A DNA stretch of 64,000 bases from an uncultured beta proteobacterium (GCA_963705615.1 CAVPKE010000014.1:1871-65870), one strand, 5' to 3'; positions 34,206 to 44,583 are shown, counted from the first letter of the stretch. Program-made: numbers and translations. The notes: generated by a model not told the origin, from the letters alone.

Positions 34206-36422
34206 ATGACGATCCAGGTTAGAGGGGCTACCGCCGATGCCGATCCGGGCGTTTGGCTGACGGCGCAGGTCGAGCGGCTGGGAGACGCCGACCAGGAACT
34301 GCTATCGCGCGCGCTGACGCTTGCCGTGGAGCGCTATGCAGGCCGCTCCAGCGCCTTGGGTGAGCCGCTGTTGACCCATTGTCGCGAGCTGAGCAGCATT
34401 CTGGGGTCGCTGCGGCTCGACGCCGAGACTCTCGCTGCGGGCCTGATGAGCGGGCTGCCGAGCGTAGAGCCTGACTGGATGCAGCGGCTGCAGCAGGCGC
34501 TTGGCCCGCGGGTGGCGATGCGCGTGGAAGGGTTTGCACGCATGGGGCAGATCCAGGCCCTGCGCTCCCACGGCCGCGAATCGAAAAAGACCACCGACCG
34601 CAGTGCGCAGCTGGAGGGCGTGCGCAAGATGCTGTTGGCGATGGTGCAGGATGTACGCGTGGTTCTGATCAAGCTCGCCGACCAGGTGCAGACGCTGCGT
34701 TATCTGGCCGGCCACGGCGACGATCCGGCGCGCAGCAGCGCCGCGCGCGACACCTTCGAGCTGTTGGCGCCGCTGGCTAACCGACTCGGCATCTGGCAGC
34801 TCAAATGGGAGCTGGAGGACCTCGCGTTCCGCTGCAGCGATCCCGTAGCCTACAAGCAGATCGCCCGAGAGCTGGACGAGAAGCGTGCGGACCGCGAGGC
34901 CTACATCGGCTTCGTCACGCAGGTGCTGCGCGCCGAACTGGCAAAGGCGGGACTCGAAGGCGAGGTCAGCGGCCGCCCGAAGCATATCTACAGCATCTAC
35001 AAAAAGCTCGCCCGCAAGGATCGCGGGCTCAAAGAGTTGTTCGACATCCGCGGCGTGCGCATCCTGGTCAACGACGTCAGAGACTGCTACGCGGCACTCG
35101 GCCTGGTGCACAACCTGTGGACGCCGTTGCCGCGGGAGTTCGATGACTACATCGCGAAGCCCAAGGCGAACGGCTATCGCTCGCTGCACACGGCGGTGGT
35201 TGGCCCGGATCACGAAGCGCTGGAAGTGCAGATTCGCAGCTACGAGATGCATCAGCATTGCGAGTTCGGCGTGGCGGCGCACTGGCGCTACAAGGAGGGC
35301 GTAGGTAGCGACGCTGGCTTCGACGAGAAGATCGCCTGGTTGCGCCAGATCCTGGACTGGAAGGACGCTCTCGCGGACGTGGCCGATCTGGCCGAGCAGT
35401 TCCGCACCGGACTGTTCGAAGACAGCGTCTTCGTGCTCACGCCCCAAGGCCGGGTGATCGATCTGCCCAGCGGCGCCACACCGGTCGATTTCGCCTATCA
35501 CGTGCATTCGGACATCGGTCACCGCTGCCGCGGGGCCCGCGTGGACGGGGAGATGGTGCCGCTCAACACCAGCTTGTCGAACGGCCAGACCGTGGAGATC
35601 GTCACGGCCAAGAGCGGGGGTCCAAGCCGCGATTGGCTGAACGCTGAACTGGGTTTCCTCCATAGCTCGCGGGCCAAGGCGAAGGTGCGTCAATGGTTCA
35701 ACAACCAGAACCTCGAGGCCGCCGTCGCGCAGGGCCGGCAGCTGGCGGAGAAGATCTTGCAGCGCGCTGGCAGGACGGCGTTGAGCCTGGACGCCTTGGC
35801 GCGAAGGTTGGGCTTCGAGAGGCTCGACGAGCTGCTCGCGCTGGTCGGTCGGGGCGAGGTCACGACGCGTCAGATACAGGGTGCGCTACGCGAGGACGAG
35901 CCGGACGCAGCCGCCGGAACTTTGCCCGAGGAGACGCATCCCGCACCGTCAGCCGACACAGCGCGCCCACAGGACGACCTGCGCCGACGTGGGGATATTC
36001 TCGTAGTCGGCGTTGACAAGCTTCTCACGGTGCTGGCCAAGTGCTGCAAACCGGTGCCGCCCGACCCGATCATCGGCTTTGTGACCCGCGGTCGCGGCGT
36101 GAGCGTGCACCGGGAGTCATGCTCGAATGTGCCTCGGCTCTCCTCCGAGCGGCTCATCGCGGCGCAGTGGGGCAGTGACGCCGCCCAAGGGCGCTTCCTG
36201 GTGGACGTGGAGATCGAAGCCACCAACCATCCCAATCTGATGCGCGACATCCTGGATGTCTACACGCGCGAGAAGGTCAGGGTCGCGGCCACGACATCCC
36301 AGGCCCGTGACCTGCAGGCGCGCATGTTCTTCACGCTGGAAGTGACCGGCGTGGACCAAGTGCGCAGGCTGCTCAGCGTGATCCGTGAGGTGTCTGCGGT
36401 GAGCTCGGCGCGGCGCCTCTAA
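34206..36422 (+). CDS. relA: GTP pyrophosphokinase, RelA/SpoT-homologue long form
   Basis: The synthetase domain contains GRPKHIYSIYKKLARK...DIRGVRILV...KPKANGYRSLHTAV...EVQIRSYEMH. TGS and ACT-like C-terminal domains are present. The HD motif is degenerate, consistent with RelA rather than SpoT. Confidence 0.85.
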   Translation: MTIQVRGATADADPGVWLTAQVERLGDADQELLSRALTLAVERYAGRSSALGEPLLTHCRELSSILGSLRLDAETLAAGLMSGLPSVEPDWMQRLQQALGPRVAMRVEGFARMGQIQALRSHGRESKKTTDRSAQLEGVRKMLLAMVQDVRVVLIKLADQVQTLRYLAGHGDDPARSSAARDTFELLAPLANRLGIWQLKWELEDLAFRCSDPVAYKQIARELDEKRADREAYIGFVTQVLRAELAKAGLEGEVSGRPKHIYSIYKKLARKDRGLKELFDIRGVRILVNDVRDCYAALGLVHNLWTPLPREFDDYIAKPKANGYRSLHTAVVGPDHEALEVQIRSYEMHQHCEFGVAAHWRYKEGVGSDAGFDEKIAWLRQILDWKDALADVADLAEQFRTGLFEDSVFVLTPQGRVIDLPSGATPVDFAYHVHSDIGHRCRGARVDGEMVPLNTSLSNGQTVEIVTAKSGGPSRDWLNAELGFLHSSRAKAKVRQWFNNQNLEAAVAQGRQLAEKILQRAGRTALSLDALARRLGFERLDELLALVGRGEVTTRQIQGALREDEPDAAAGTLPEETHPAPSADTARPQDDLRRRGDILVVGVDKLLTVLAKCCKPVPPDPIIGFVTRGRGVSVHRESCSNVPRLSSERLIAAQWGSDAAQGRFLVDVEIEATNHPNLMRDILDVYTREKVRVAATTSQARDLQARMFFTLEVTGVDQVRRLLSVIREVSAVSSARRL

Positions 36423-36498
36423 AGCTCGTCTCCTGCCCGCCGATATTGGGGCTCTGGCGACCGCCAGGGTCGCCGTCCGGCACGAGGGCTATGACAGC

Positions 36499-36966
36499 AT
36501 GCTCAGCGCGAAACACCCTGAGAACCGGCTCAACCCAGCCGAAGACCTGACCCAGCTGCTGAGCGCCGTGGAAGCAGTCACCCGTGACACCAGCCTGCTG
36601 GCCCTCAACATGGCACTCGAGGGGGCCTCCGCTGGCGCTGGTGGCACGGCGCAACTCGCGGACGCGGTGGGAGAGCTGTCGATTCGCGCCACCCAGTTCA
36701 GCCAGCGGATGCGCGGCCGCCTTCTCGCGGGCGGAGACGACCTGGATCCGGGCAGCCTGTCCGAGCTGCGTCGGGTGACGCGTGGCGTTGCGGAGCTGAT
36801 CGCTGATGTGAGCGATCTGGCCAGCGATGTGCTGGAAGGGATCGCCGATCCCAATATCGAGCGCCGCATGCCAGAAGTGGCGTCGGATCTGCTGGACGAA
36901 CTCCGCAACCGCGCCCGCGCGCTCGATTATCTGGTGCGCGCGCTGCCGGATCTAGGGAAGCTCTGA
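36499..36966 (+). CDS. hypothetical 155-aa soluble protein with a chemoreceptor (MCP) signalling-tip-like motif
   Basis: The ORF has a GAGGG about 10 nt upstream. Residues ~25-70 (VEAVTRDTSLLALNMALEGASAGAGGTAQLADAVGELSIRATQFSQRM) mimic the conserved MCP hairpin tip (QTNLLALNAAIEAARAGE.GRGFAVVA.EVR.LA..S). No TM, HAMP or ligand-binding domain is present. Confidence 0.55.
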   Translation: MLSAKHPENRLNPAEDLTQLLSAVEAVTRDTSLLALNMALEGASAGAGGTAQLADAVGELSIRATQFSQRMRGRLLAGGDDLDPGSLSELRRVTRGVAELIADVSDLASDVLEGIADPNIERRMPEVASDLLDELRNRARALDYLVRALPDLGKL

Positions 36967-37002
36967 ACCACCCCAAACGTCTGAGCGCTCGGGGCCAGAG
37001 AT

Positions 37003-37031
37003 TTGAGCCCTTCGGGGGTTTCGGCTAGAAT
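37003..37031 (+). promoter_or_regulatory. candidate sigma70 promoter for tRNA-Val (and possibly thrS)
   Basis: TTGAGC (37003-37008), a 17-nt spacer, then TAGAAT (37026-37031). A GC-rich discriminator CTCGCCCC follows, and the tRNA 5' end is 10 nt downstream. Confidence 0.55.
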
Positions 37032-37041
37032 CTCGCCCCAC

Positions 37042-37118
37042 AGGCGCGTAGCTCAGCTGGTTAGAGCATCACCTTGACATGGTGGGGGTCGTTGGTTCGA
37101 GTCCAATCGCGCCTACCA
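37042..37118 (+). tRNA. tRNA-Val (anticodon GAC)
   Basis: Manual cloverleaf: acceptor AGGCGCG/CGCGCCU, D arm GCUC/GAGC, anticodon stem UCACC/GGUGG with loop UUGACAU, T arm GUUGG-UUCGAGU-CCAAU, and encoded CCA. Confidence 0.92.
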
Positions 37119-37206
37119 CTTCAGGAATCTGGAGACCGGAGTCAGCGACGCTTACGAAACGCTGGCTCTTGTCGTTTCTGAAGTCCTCCTCAATTTTCGA
37201 GTACCC

Positions 37207-39135
37207 ATGCCCGCAGTGCGACTGCCCGACGGGGCGGAGAAGCGCTTCGATGCGCCCGTGAGCGTGGCCGAGGTGGCTGCAGCCATCGGCCCGGGGCTGG
37301 CGCGCGCGGCGCTCGCTGGCAAGGTCGACGGCAGGCTGGTGGACCTCAGTCATGTGATCGATCGCGACAGCCAAGTTGCTATCGTCACGGACAAGGATGC
37401 GGACGGGGTCGAGGTCTTGCGCCACTCCACAGCTCATCTGCTGGCGCACGCGGTGAAGGAACTGTTCCCGGAGGCGCAGGTAACCATTGGACCGGTGATC
37501 GAGGACGGCTTCTACTACGACTTTTCCTACAAGCGGCCGTTCACGCCTGAGGACTTGGCCGCGATCGAGAAGCGCATGGCGGAGATCGCCAAGCGCGATC
37601 TCCCGGTCCGGCGCGAGGTCTGGGATCGCTCCGAGGCGATCCATTTCTTCAAGCAGCAGGGCGAGCACTACAAGGCCCAGATCATCGAGAGCATCCCCGG
37701 CGACGAAGCCATCACCTTGTACAGGCAGGACAACTTCACCGATCTTTGCCGCGGCCCGCATGTGCCCTCCACCGGCAAGCTCAAGGTGTTCAAGCTGATG
37801 AAGCTGGCCGGCGCCTACTGGCGCGGCGATTCGCGCAACGAGATGCTGCAGCGGATCTACGGCACGGCCTGGGCCAAGAAGGAGGACCTGGACGCCTACC
37901 TGCACCGACTCGAGGAGGCCGAGCGGCGCGACCATCGCAAGCTCGGGCAAGCAGCTCGACCTGTTTCACCTGCAGGACGAAGCGCCCGGGCATGGTGTTC
38001 TGGCACCCGAAGGGCTGGACGCATCTGGCAGCAGGTCGAGCAGTACCTGCGCCGCGTCTCTCGCGACACCGGCTACCACGAGGTGCGCACGCCGCTGATC
38101 ATGGACCTGCACGCTGTGGGAGCGCATCCGGTCACTGGGACAACTTCCGCGAGAACATGTTCTTCACCAGTCTCGGAGAACCGGGACTACGCGGTGAAGC
38201 CGATGAATTGCCCGGGCCACATCCAGATCTACAACCAGGGCGTGCGCAGCTACCGCGACCTGCCGCTGCGCCTGGCCGAGTTCGGCTCGTGCCACCGCAA
38301 CGAGCCCTCGGGCGCGCTGCACGGCATCATGCGGGTGCGCGGCTTCGTGCAGGACGACGCGCCACATCTTCTGCACCGAGGAGCAGGTCAGCTCGGAGGC
38401 GTCGCCTTCATCGATCTGCTATTGCAGAAGGTGTACCGCGATTTCGGTTTCGACGAGATTTCTGATCAAGCTCGCCACCCGGCCGGCCAAGCGCATCGGC
38501 TCCGACGAGGCCTGGGACAAGGCGGAGCAGGCGCTCTAGCGAATGCGCTCGATCGCGCAAGGGCTTGGCGCATCTTGAGTCGCCGGGCGAGGGTGCGTTC
38601 TACGGGCCGAAGATCGAGTTCTCGCTGAAGGACAGCATCGGGCGGGTCTGGCAGTGCGGCACGCTGCAGGTCGACTTCTCGCATGCCGGGACTGCTCGGC
38701 GCCGAGTACGTGGCCGAGGACAATACGCGCAAGGTCCCGGTCATGCTGCATCGGGCCATCCTGGGCTCGATGGAGCGCTTTATCGGCATCCTGATCGAGC
38801 ACCACGCGGGGGCGCTTCCGCTGTGGCTCGCGCCGGTCCAAGTGGTGGTGCTGAACATCTCGGAGCACCAGGCCGAATATGCTCGCGAGGTTGCCAATGT
38901 CCTGCGCCGAGCCGGCTTCCGCGCTGATGCGGACTTGAGGAACGAAAAAATTACCTATAAGATTCGCGAACATAGTCTTCAGAAGCTACCCTACCAGGCG
39001 ATCGTGGGCGACAAGGAGGTGGCTTCGAGGACAGTTGCCGTGCGCACGCGGGGCGGCGTGGACCTGGGGCAGATGTCCCTGGACGCTCTCGTGCTCCGTC
39101 TCAGGGCGGAGCATGGCCCCGCAGCGGCGGCTTGA
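37207..39135 (+). pseudogene. thrS: threonine--tRNA ligase, at least 10 frame changes confined to about 37940-38700
   Basis: The first ~245 codons are clean (TGS/editing domains: [14 protein letters not shown]...[16 protein letters not shown]...[10 protein letters not shown]). The last ~150 codons are also clean ([34 protein letters not shown]...). Catalytic-core pieces ([11 protein letters not shown] / [12 protein letters not shown] / [11 protein letters not shown] / [15 protein letters not shown] / [15 protein letters not shown]... / HIFCTEEQ / [25 protein letters not shown] / [17 protein letters not shown]) are scattered over all three frames. Confidence 0.9.
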
Positions 39136-39155
39136 TTTTTCTGGAGGTGCAACTT

Positions 39156-39689
39156 ATCGCTCAGGAACGAGATAGAGATACGCGGATCAACGAGGAGATC
39201 AGCGCGCCGGAGGTTCGTCTCATCGGTGTAGAGGGCGAGCAGATCGGGATCGTCAATCTGGCCACGGCCAACAAGATGGCTGAAGAAGCAGGTGTGGATC
39301 TGGTGGAGATCGCGCCAACCGCAAAGCCTCCGGTCTGCCGCATCATGGACTACGGCAAATACAAATACGCCGAGGCAAAGAAGCGGCACGAGGCCAAGCT
39401 CAAGCAGAAGCAGATCCAGGTCAAGGAGGTCAAATTCCGGCCCGGCACGGACGAGGGTGATTATCAGATCAAGCTGCGCAATCTGATCCGCTTCCTGGAA
39501 GAGGGCGATAAGACCAAAGTCACGCTTCGATTCCGCGGCCGCGAGATGGCCCACCAGGAGTTTGGCGTGAAGCTGCTGGAGCGCGTGCGGGCCGATCTCG
39601 ATCCCTATGCCGTGGTGGAGCAGTGGCCGAAGCTGGAAGGCCGGCAGATGATCATGGTGCTGTCTCCGAAGAAGAAGTCAGCCCATTGA
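39156..39689 (+). CDS. infC: translation initiation factor IF-3
   Basis: The sequence is [71 protein letters not shown]... No ATG or GTG lies between the GGAGG at 39143-39147 and the conserved region. The likely start is ATC 39156 (non-canonical, as usual for infC) or the upstream TTG 39132. Confidence 0.88.
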   Translation: MAQERDRDTRINEEISAPEVRLIGVEGEQIGIVNLATANKMAEEAGVDLVEIAPTAKPPVCRIMDYGKYKYAEAKKRHEAKLKQKQIQVKEVKFRPGTDEGDYQIKLRNLIRFLEEGDKTKVTLRFRGREMAHQEFGVKLLERVRADLDPYAVVEQWPKLEGRQMIMVLSPKKKSAH

Positions 39690-39800
39690 GATCAGTTCCC
39701 CTCGCGACTCGAGGGTGTTGACAACAAGTGATACCGTGGTTCGAAGCGCAACGCAAAGCTGCCACCCGGCATCATGACAAATGTAAAGGAGCACTGAGAC

Positions 39801-39998
39801 ATGCCCAAGATCAAAACCAAGAGCGGCGCGGCCAAGCGCTTCCGCGCGCAAGGCGGTGGAGGCATCAAGCGCAGCAGAGCCTTTCTGCGCCACATCCTCA
39901 CCAAGAAAAGCACCAAGCGCAAGCGTCATCTGCGCGGCACGACCCAGGTAAGTCCTGCCAACAGGCACGCCGTGAAGGCGATGCTGCCCTACGCCTGA
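39801..39998 (+). CDS. rpmI: 50S ribosomal protein L35
   Basis: [46 protein letters not shown]..., with AAGGAG upstream. Confidence 0.95.
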   Translation: MPKIKTKSGAAKRFRAQGGGGIKRSRAFLRHILTKKSTKRKRHLRGTTQVSPANRHAVKAMLPYA

Positions 39999-40008
39999 GG
40001 ATAGCGAT

Positions 40009-40368
40009 ATGCCGAGAGTCAAGCGTGGGGTGACGGCACGGGCCCGTCACAAAAAGGTCCTCGAGCAGGCCAAGGGATTTCGCGGCCGCCGCAAGAACGT
40101 TTTCAGAGTGGCCAAACAAGCGGTGATGAAGGCGGGGCAGTACGCCTACCGCGATCGCCGCGTGCGCAAACGCGAGTTCCGCGCGTTGTGGATCGCACGC
40201 ATCAACGCCGCCGCGCGCGAATGCGGCATGAGCTATTCGGCCTTCATGAATGGGCTGAAGAAGGCCGCCATCGAGCTCGATCGCAAGGTTCTGGCCGACT
40301 TGGCGGTGTTCGACAAGCCCGCTTTTGCCAAGATCGCGAGCCAGGCGAAAGCCAGCCTCGGCGCCTGA
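40009..40368 (+). CDS. rplT: 50S ribosomal protein L20
   Basis: [51 protein letters not shown]... Confidence 0.95.
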   Translation: MPRVKRGVTARARHKKVLEQAKGFRGRRKNVFRVAKQAVMKAGQYAYRDRRVRKREFRALWIARINAAARECGMSYSAFMNGLKKAAIELDRKVLADLAVFDKPAFAKIASQAKASLGA

Positions 40369-40383
40369 GCTCGAGACAGTGGG

Positions 40384-40414
40384 AAAAAGGAGGCTGAACG
40401 GCCTCCTTTTTTTG
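40384..40414 (+). terminator. rho-independent terminator after rplT
   Basis: AAAAAGGAGGC-TGAACG-GCCTCCTTTTTTT: a GC stem followed by a T-run. Confidence 0.8.
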
Positions 40415-40470
40415 TTTGCACCGGCCCTGAACTGCACTTAGACGGACGCACGCGCCACCCGGGTACGACA

Positions 40471-41475
40471 ATGGACAAGGCAGCGCTGGACCAGCTGGTG
40501 AGCGAAGCCGTTGAGGCATTCAAGCGCGCTTCCTCCAGTGCCGAGCTGGAGCAGGCCAAGGCCCGCTATCTGGGCAAGTCCGGCTCGCTGAGCGCACTGC
40601 TCAAGGGCCTCGGTAAGCTGACGCCGCAGGAGCGGCCGGTAGTGGGCGGCTGGATCAACGACGCCAAAGCGCGCATCGAGGACGCGCTGTCGGCGCGCCG
40701 CGCGGGGCTAACGCAGACCGCTGTGGATGCTCGGCTGGCTAAGGAGGCGCTTGACGTAACGCTACCCGGCCGGGGGCGCGGGCTTGGCAGCATCCACCCG
40801 ATCATTCGCACGTGGCAACGGGTCGAGGCGATCTTCCGCTCCATCGGCTTCGATGTCGCCGACGGGCCCGAGATCGAAACCGACTGGTACAACTTCACCG
40901 CGCTCAACCAGCCCGAGAATCATCCGGCGCGCTCCATGCACGACACCTTCTACGTCGAAGGCGGGTTGCTGCTGCGCACCCACACCAGCCCGATGCAGGT
41001 GCGCTATGCGCAGCAGCACGCGCCGCCGATCAAGGTCATCTCCGCGGGCCGCACCTATCGCGTGGACAGCGACGCCACGCACTCGCCTATGTTCCATCAG
41101 TCCGAGGGGCTGTGGATCGACGAGCACATCAGCTTCGCCGACTTGAAGGCGGTTTACACCGATTTCCTCCGCCGCTTCTTCGAGACCGATGCCCTGCAGG
41201 TGCGCTTTCGGCCCTCGTTCTTTCCCTTCACCGAGCCCTCCGCGGAGATCGACATGGCCTTTCCCAGCGGACCCCTGAAGGGCCGCTGGCTGGAGCTCTC
41301 CGGTGCCGGGCAGGTGCACCCGCACGTGGTGCGCAACTTCGGCCTCGACCCGGAGCGCTGGATCGGTTTTGCATTCGGCAGCGGACTGGAGCGGCTGACG
41401 ATGCTGCGCTATGGCATCGACGATCTGCGCCTTTTTTTCGAGGGCGACCTGCGCTTTCTGAAGCAGTTCGCCTGA
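40471..41475 (+). CDS. pheS: phenylalanine--tRNA ligase alpha subunit
   Basis: The 334-aa ORF has class II motifs ([11 protein letters not shown]..., [51 protein letters not shown]). Confidence 0.95.
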   Translation: MDKAALDQLVSEAVEAFKRASSSAELEQAKARYLGKSGSLSALLKGLGKLTPQERPVVGGWINDAKARIEDALSARRAGLTQTAVDARLAKEALDVTLPGRGRGLGSIHPIIRTWQRVEAIFRSIGFDVADGPEIETDWYNFTALNQPENHPARSMHDTFYVEGGLLLRTHTSPMQVRYAQQHAPPIKVISAGRTYRVDSDATHSPMFHQSEGLWIDEHISFADLKAVYTDFLRRFFETDALQVRFRPSFFPFTEPSAEIDMAFPSGPLKGRWLELSGAGQVHPHVVRNFGLDPERWIGFAFGSGLERLTMLRYGIDDLRLFFEGDLRFLKQFA

Positions 41476-41498
41476 CCGGACCGAAGCGGGGCTAACGC

Positions 41499-43913
41499 AT
41501 GCAATTCCCCGAAAGCTGGCTGCGTTCGATGGTCGATCCAGCGTTGACCACGCAGGAACTCGCCCACCTGCTGACCATGGCGGGATTCGAAGTGGAGTCC
41601 TGCGATCCGGTCGCGCCACCATTTTCCAAAGTAGTGGTGGGTCAGGTGCGCACGGTCGAGAAGCATCCCAACGCCGACCGGCTCACGCTCTGCGCGGTGG
41701 ATGCGGGGACTGGGAGGCCACTCACCGTCGTATGCGGCGCGCCCAACGTCGTTCCTGGCATGAAGGCACCCTGCGCGCTGGTGGGTGCGAGCCTGCCGGG
41801 TGAAGGGCCGGGCAAACACTTCGAGCTGAAGCCCTTGACCATGCGCGGTGTTGAAAGCCAGGGCATGCTTTGCTCGGCACGTGAGCTGGGGTTGTCGGAC
41901 GACCATAGCGGCGTTCTGGCGCTCGACGCTGCTGCACCGGTGGGGGGTGACGTACGCGAATACCTCGCCTTGGACGATCAGATCTTCACCATCAAGCTCA
42001 CGCCGAATCGGGCCGACTGTCTCTCGATTCTGGGTGTCGCCCGCGAGGTTGCCGCGCTAACCGGCGCGACCTTGTCCCCGCCCGCCATTTTGCCCGTCCC
42101 GAATGGTTGCGACGCGATCTTCCCAGTCAGAATCTCCAACCCGGACGGCTGCGGCCGTTTCACGGGAAGAGTGATTCGGGACGTGAACGCGCGGGCCGCC
42201 ACCCCGGAGTGGATGCGCCAACGGCTGGAGCGTGCAGGCCAGCGTTGCATTTCCGCCCTGGTGGACGTGACCAACTACGTGATGCTGGAGCTGGGGCGGC
42301 CGCTGCACGTCTACGACGTAGACAAACTCGCCGGGCAGATCGATGTGCGGTTCGGGCGCCTCGGAGAGCGGCTCAAGCTGCTTAACGAACAGATCGTGGA
42401 GCTCGAGCCCGACGTACTGGCCATCACTGATGCCTCCGGCCCCATCGGCCTCGCTGGGATCATGGGCGGTTCCAGCACAAAGGCCGATCCGGATTCGCGC
42501 CATGTGTTTCTGGAAGCCGCCTTCTTCTTTCCCGGCGCGATTGCCGGGCGCACGCGCCGCTTCAACTTCGCCAGCGATGCTTCACATCGTTTCGAGCGTG
42601 GTGTGGACTTCGACAACAACATCGCTGGCATCGAACGCGCCACGCAGCTGATCGTGAACATCTGTGGCGGCAGACCGGGGCCGGTGGTCGACACAATCGC
42701 CCGACTGCCCGAGCGCAGGCCGTTGCGCGTACGCGTCGCGCGCGCGCAGCGCGTTATCGGCGTAACGATTTCCGCCGAAGAGATGGCAAACATCTTCGCC
42801 CGGCTGCGCCTGCGCTTCCTGCGCGACGGCGGCGGAGCACAGGAGGCGTTCTGGGTCACGCCTCCGTCTTACCGTTTCGACCTCGAGATCGAGGAAGACC
42901 TGATCGAGGAAGTGGCGCGTGTGCATGGCTTCGAACGGATTCCCGCCCACCCCCCTCTGGCGGCCGCAGTGATGCACAGCGAACCCGAGACGCACAGGTC
43001 CCTGCATGCCTTGCGCGGCATGGTCGCAGCGGCAGATTACCAAGAGGTGATCAACTTCAGCTTCGTGGAGCCGGAATGGGAGGCAGATCTAGCCGGCAAC
43101 CCGACCCCGATCCGCCTACTCAACCCGATTGCGAGCCAGCTCTCGGTGATGCGCAGCACGCTGTTGGGCGGCCTGCTCGCCAACCTGCGCTATAACTTGA
43201 ACCGCCGCGCTTCCCGCGTGCGGGTGTTTGAGGTCGGGCGCGTGTTCCTGCGTGCACCGGGCATGCCGGAGGGCCCTCTGGACGTTGCCGGCGTCCGCCA
43301 GCCCGTGCGGATCGCAGCGGCCGCGTTCGGCCCGGCCGTGGAGGAGCAATGGGGCGTTGCCACGCGCATGGTGGACTTCTACGACGTGAAAGCCGACCTG
43401 CAGAATTTGCTGCCGCGGCGGCAGGCTCGGTTTGAACCTGCGACGCACCCGGCCTTGCACCCAGGACGCTCGGCACGAGTCCTGCTCGATGACCAGCCCA
43501 TCGGTTGGATCGGCGAACTACACCCCTTATGGCAACAGAAGTACGAGTTACCGACGCCCCCAATCCTGTTCGAGGTGGATGCGGCGCCGCTACAACAAGT
43601 CGAGTTGCCGGCTTTTCGCGAGGTGCCAAGATTTCCAGCTGTTAGCCGCGATGTCTCTGTGATCGTGCCGGAGACGCTCGCGATCCAGACTATCTTGGAT
43701 GATCTTGCGCTGCACAAACCGGTTCAAGTCGAGAGCATCCAACTGTTCGACTTGTACCGGGGTCCGGGCGTGGAAAATGGGAAAAAAAGTCTTGCTTTCC
43801 GAGTGTTATTGCAAGATACTCAAAAGACACTGACGGATCCGGAGGTCGAATTGGCCTTGGCTCAGCTGGTAGAGCGGCTGGTTCGGCAATTCGGTGGAAA
43901 ACTACGCGACTGA
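41499..43913 (+). CDS. pheT: phenylalanine--tRNA ligase beta subunit
   Basis: The 804-aa ORF starts MQFPESWLRSMVDP..., followed by a tRNA-binding domain, B3/4, B5 and a C-terminal anticodon-binding-like domain. Confidence 0.95.
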   Translation: MQFPESWLRSMVDPALTTQELAHLLTMAGFEVESCDPVAPPFSKVVVGQVRTVEKHPNADRLTLCAVDAGTGRPLTVVCGAPNVVPGMKAPCALVGASLPGEGPGKHFELKPLTMRGVESQGMLCSARELGLSDDHSGVLALDAAAPVGGDVREYLALDDQIFTIKLTPNRADCLSILGVAREVAALTGATLSPPAILPVPNGCDAIFPVRISNPDGCGRFTGRVIRDVNARAATPEWMRQRLERAGQRCISALVDVTNYVMLELGRPLHVYDVDKLAGQIDVRFGRLGERLKLLNEQIVELEPDVLAITDASGPIGLAGIMGGSSTKADPDSRHVFLEAAFFFPGAIAGRTRRFNFASDASHRFERGVDFDNNIAGIERATQLIVNICGGRPGPVVDTIARLPERRPLRVRVARAQRVIGVTISAEEMANIFARLRLRFLRDGGGAQEAFWVTPPSYRFDLEIEEDLIEEVARVHGFERIPAHPPLAAAVMHSEPETHRSLHALRGMVAAADYQEVINFSFVEPEWEADLAGNPTPIRLLNPIASQLSVMRSTLLGGLLANLRYNLNRRASRVRVFEVGRVFLRAPGMPEGPLDVAGVRQPVRIAAAAFGPAVEEQWGVATRMVDFYDVKADLQNLLPRRQARFEPATHPALHPGRSARVLLDDQPIGWIGELHPLWQQKYELPTPPILFEVDAAPLQQVELPAFREVPRFPAVSRDVSVIVPETLAIQTILDDLALHKPVQVESIQLFDLYRGPGVENGKKSLAFRVLLQDTQKTLTDPEVELALAQLVERLVRQFGGKLRD

Positions 43914-43922
43914 GGGTGCGAG

Positions 43923-44243
43923 ATGACGCTCACGAAGGCTGATCTAGCTGATCTGCTGTTCGAAAAGGTCGGTTTGAACAAACGCGAAGCCAAGGACATG
44001 GTCGAGTCCTTCTTCGAGGAGGTCCGCAAGGCGCTCGAGGCCGGGGAAGGGGTGAAGCTGTCCGGCTTCGGCAATTTCCAGCTGCGAGACAAGCCTCAGC
44101 GCCCTGGCCGCAATCCCAAGACCGGGGAGGAAATCCCCATCACCGCGCGCCGCGTGGTCACTTTCCACGCCAGCCAAAAGCTGAAGGCGATGGTGGACAA
44201 GAACTACCATGGACGAGAGTCCGAGCAGCCCCAGCAAGCCTAG
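43923..44243 (+). CDS. ihfA: integration host factor alpha subunit
   Basis: [81 protein letters not shown]. Confidence 0.95.
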   Translation: MTLTKADLADLLFEKVGLNKREAKDMVESFFEEVRKALEAGEGVKLSGFGNFQLRDKPQRPGRNPKTGEEIPITARRVVTFHASQKLKAMVDKNYHGRESEQPQQA

Positions 44244-44583
44244 CCTGCCAGCCATCCCGGCCAAACGCTACTTCACCATCGGTGAGGTGAGCGAGCTGTG
44301 CGGGGTGAAGCCGCACGTGCTGCGCTATTGGGAGCAGGAGTTCACCCAGCTTAAGCCGGTCAAGCGCCGCGGCAACCGCCGCTACTACCAGCACCATGAA
44401 GTACTGTTGATTCGGCGCATCCGCCAGCTGTTGTACGAAGAGGGCTTCACCATCAGCGGCGCCCGTCATCGCCTCGAACAGGCGGTGGAGCAAGCCACCA
44501 AATCCAGCCCCGGCTCGGCGGCAAAAGTCACTTCGTCCACTCTGCGCAAGGAGATCAAGAGCGTTCTCGACTCCCTGCGCTGA
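44209..44583 (+). CDS. MerR-family transcriptional regulator (ihfA-linked type)
   Basis: The HTH is [25 protein letters not shown]...[34 protein letters not shown]. It overlaps the ihfA 3' end by 35 nt. Confidence 0.85.
   Translation: MDESPSSPSKPSLPAIPAKRYFTIGEVSELCGVKPHVLRYWEQEFTQLKPVKRRGNRRYYQHHEVLLIRRIRQLLYEEGFTISGARHRLEQAVEQATKSSPGSAAKVTSSTLRKEIKSVLDSLR

Noticed and set aside
34302-35693. Long antisense or alternative-frame ORFs. Examples are 34302-35693(-), 32015-33451(-), 10561-11637(+), 5236-6447(-), 3215-4213(-), 1118-1942(-) and 37069-37950(-).
   Set aside because: Each is a shadow of a well-supported gene on the opposite strand or in another frame. They have Arg/Ala/Gly/Pro-rich low-complexity translations without motifs, as expected in ~65% G+C DNA where stop codons are rare.
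37119-37206. A possible thrS leader/operator structure (stem CTTCAG...CTGAAG; inner AGCG/CGCT hairpin) between tRNA-Val and thrS.
   Set aside because: The pairings are short, and I could not identify a tRNA-Thr anticodon-arm mimic. The evidence is insufficient without comparative analysis.
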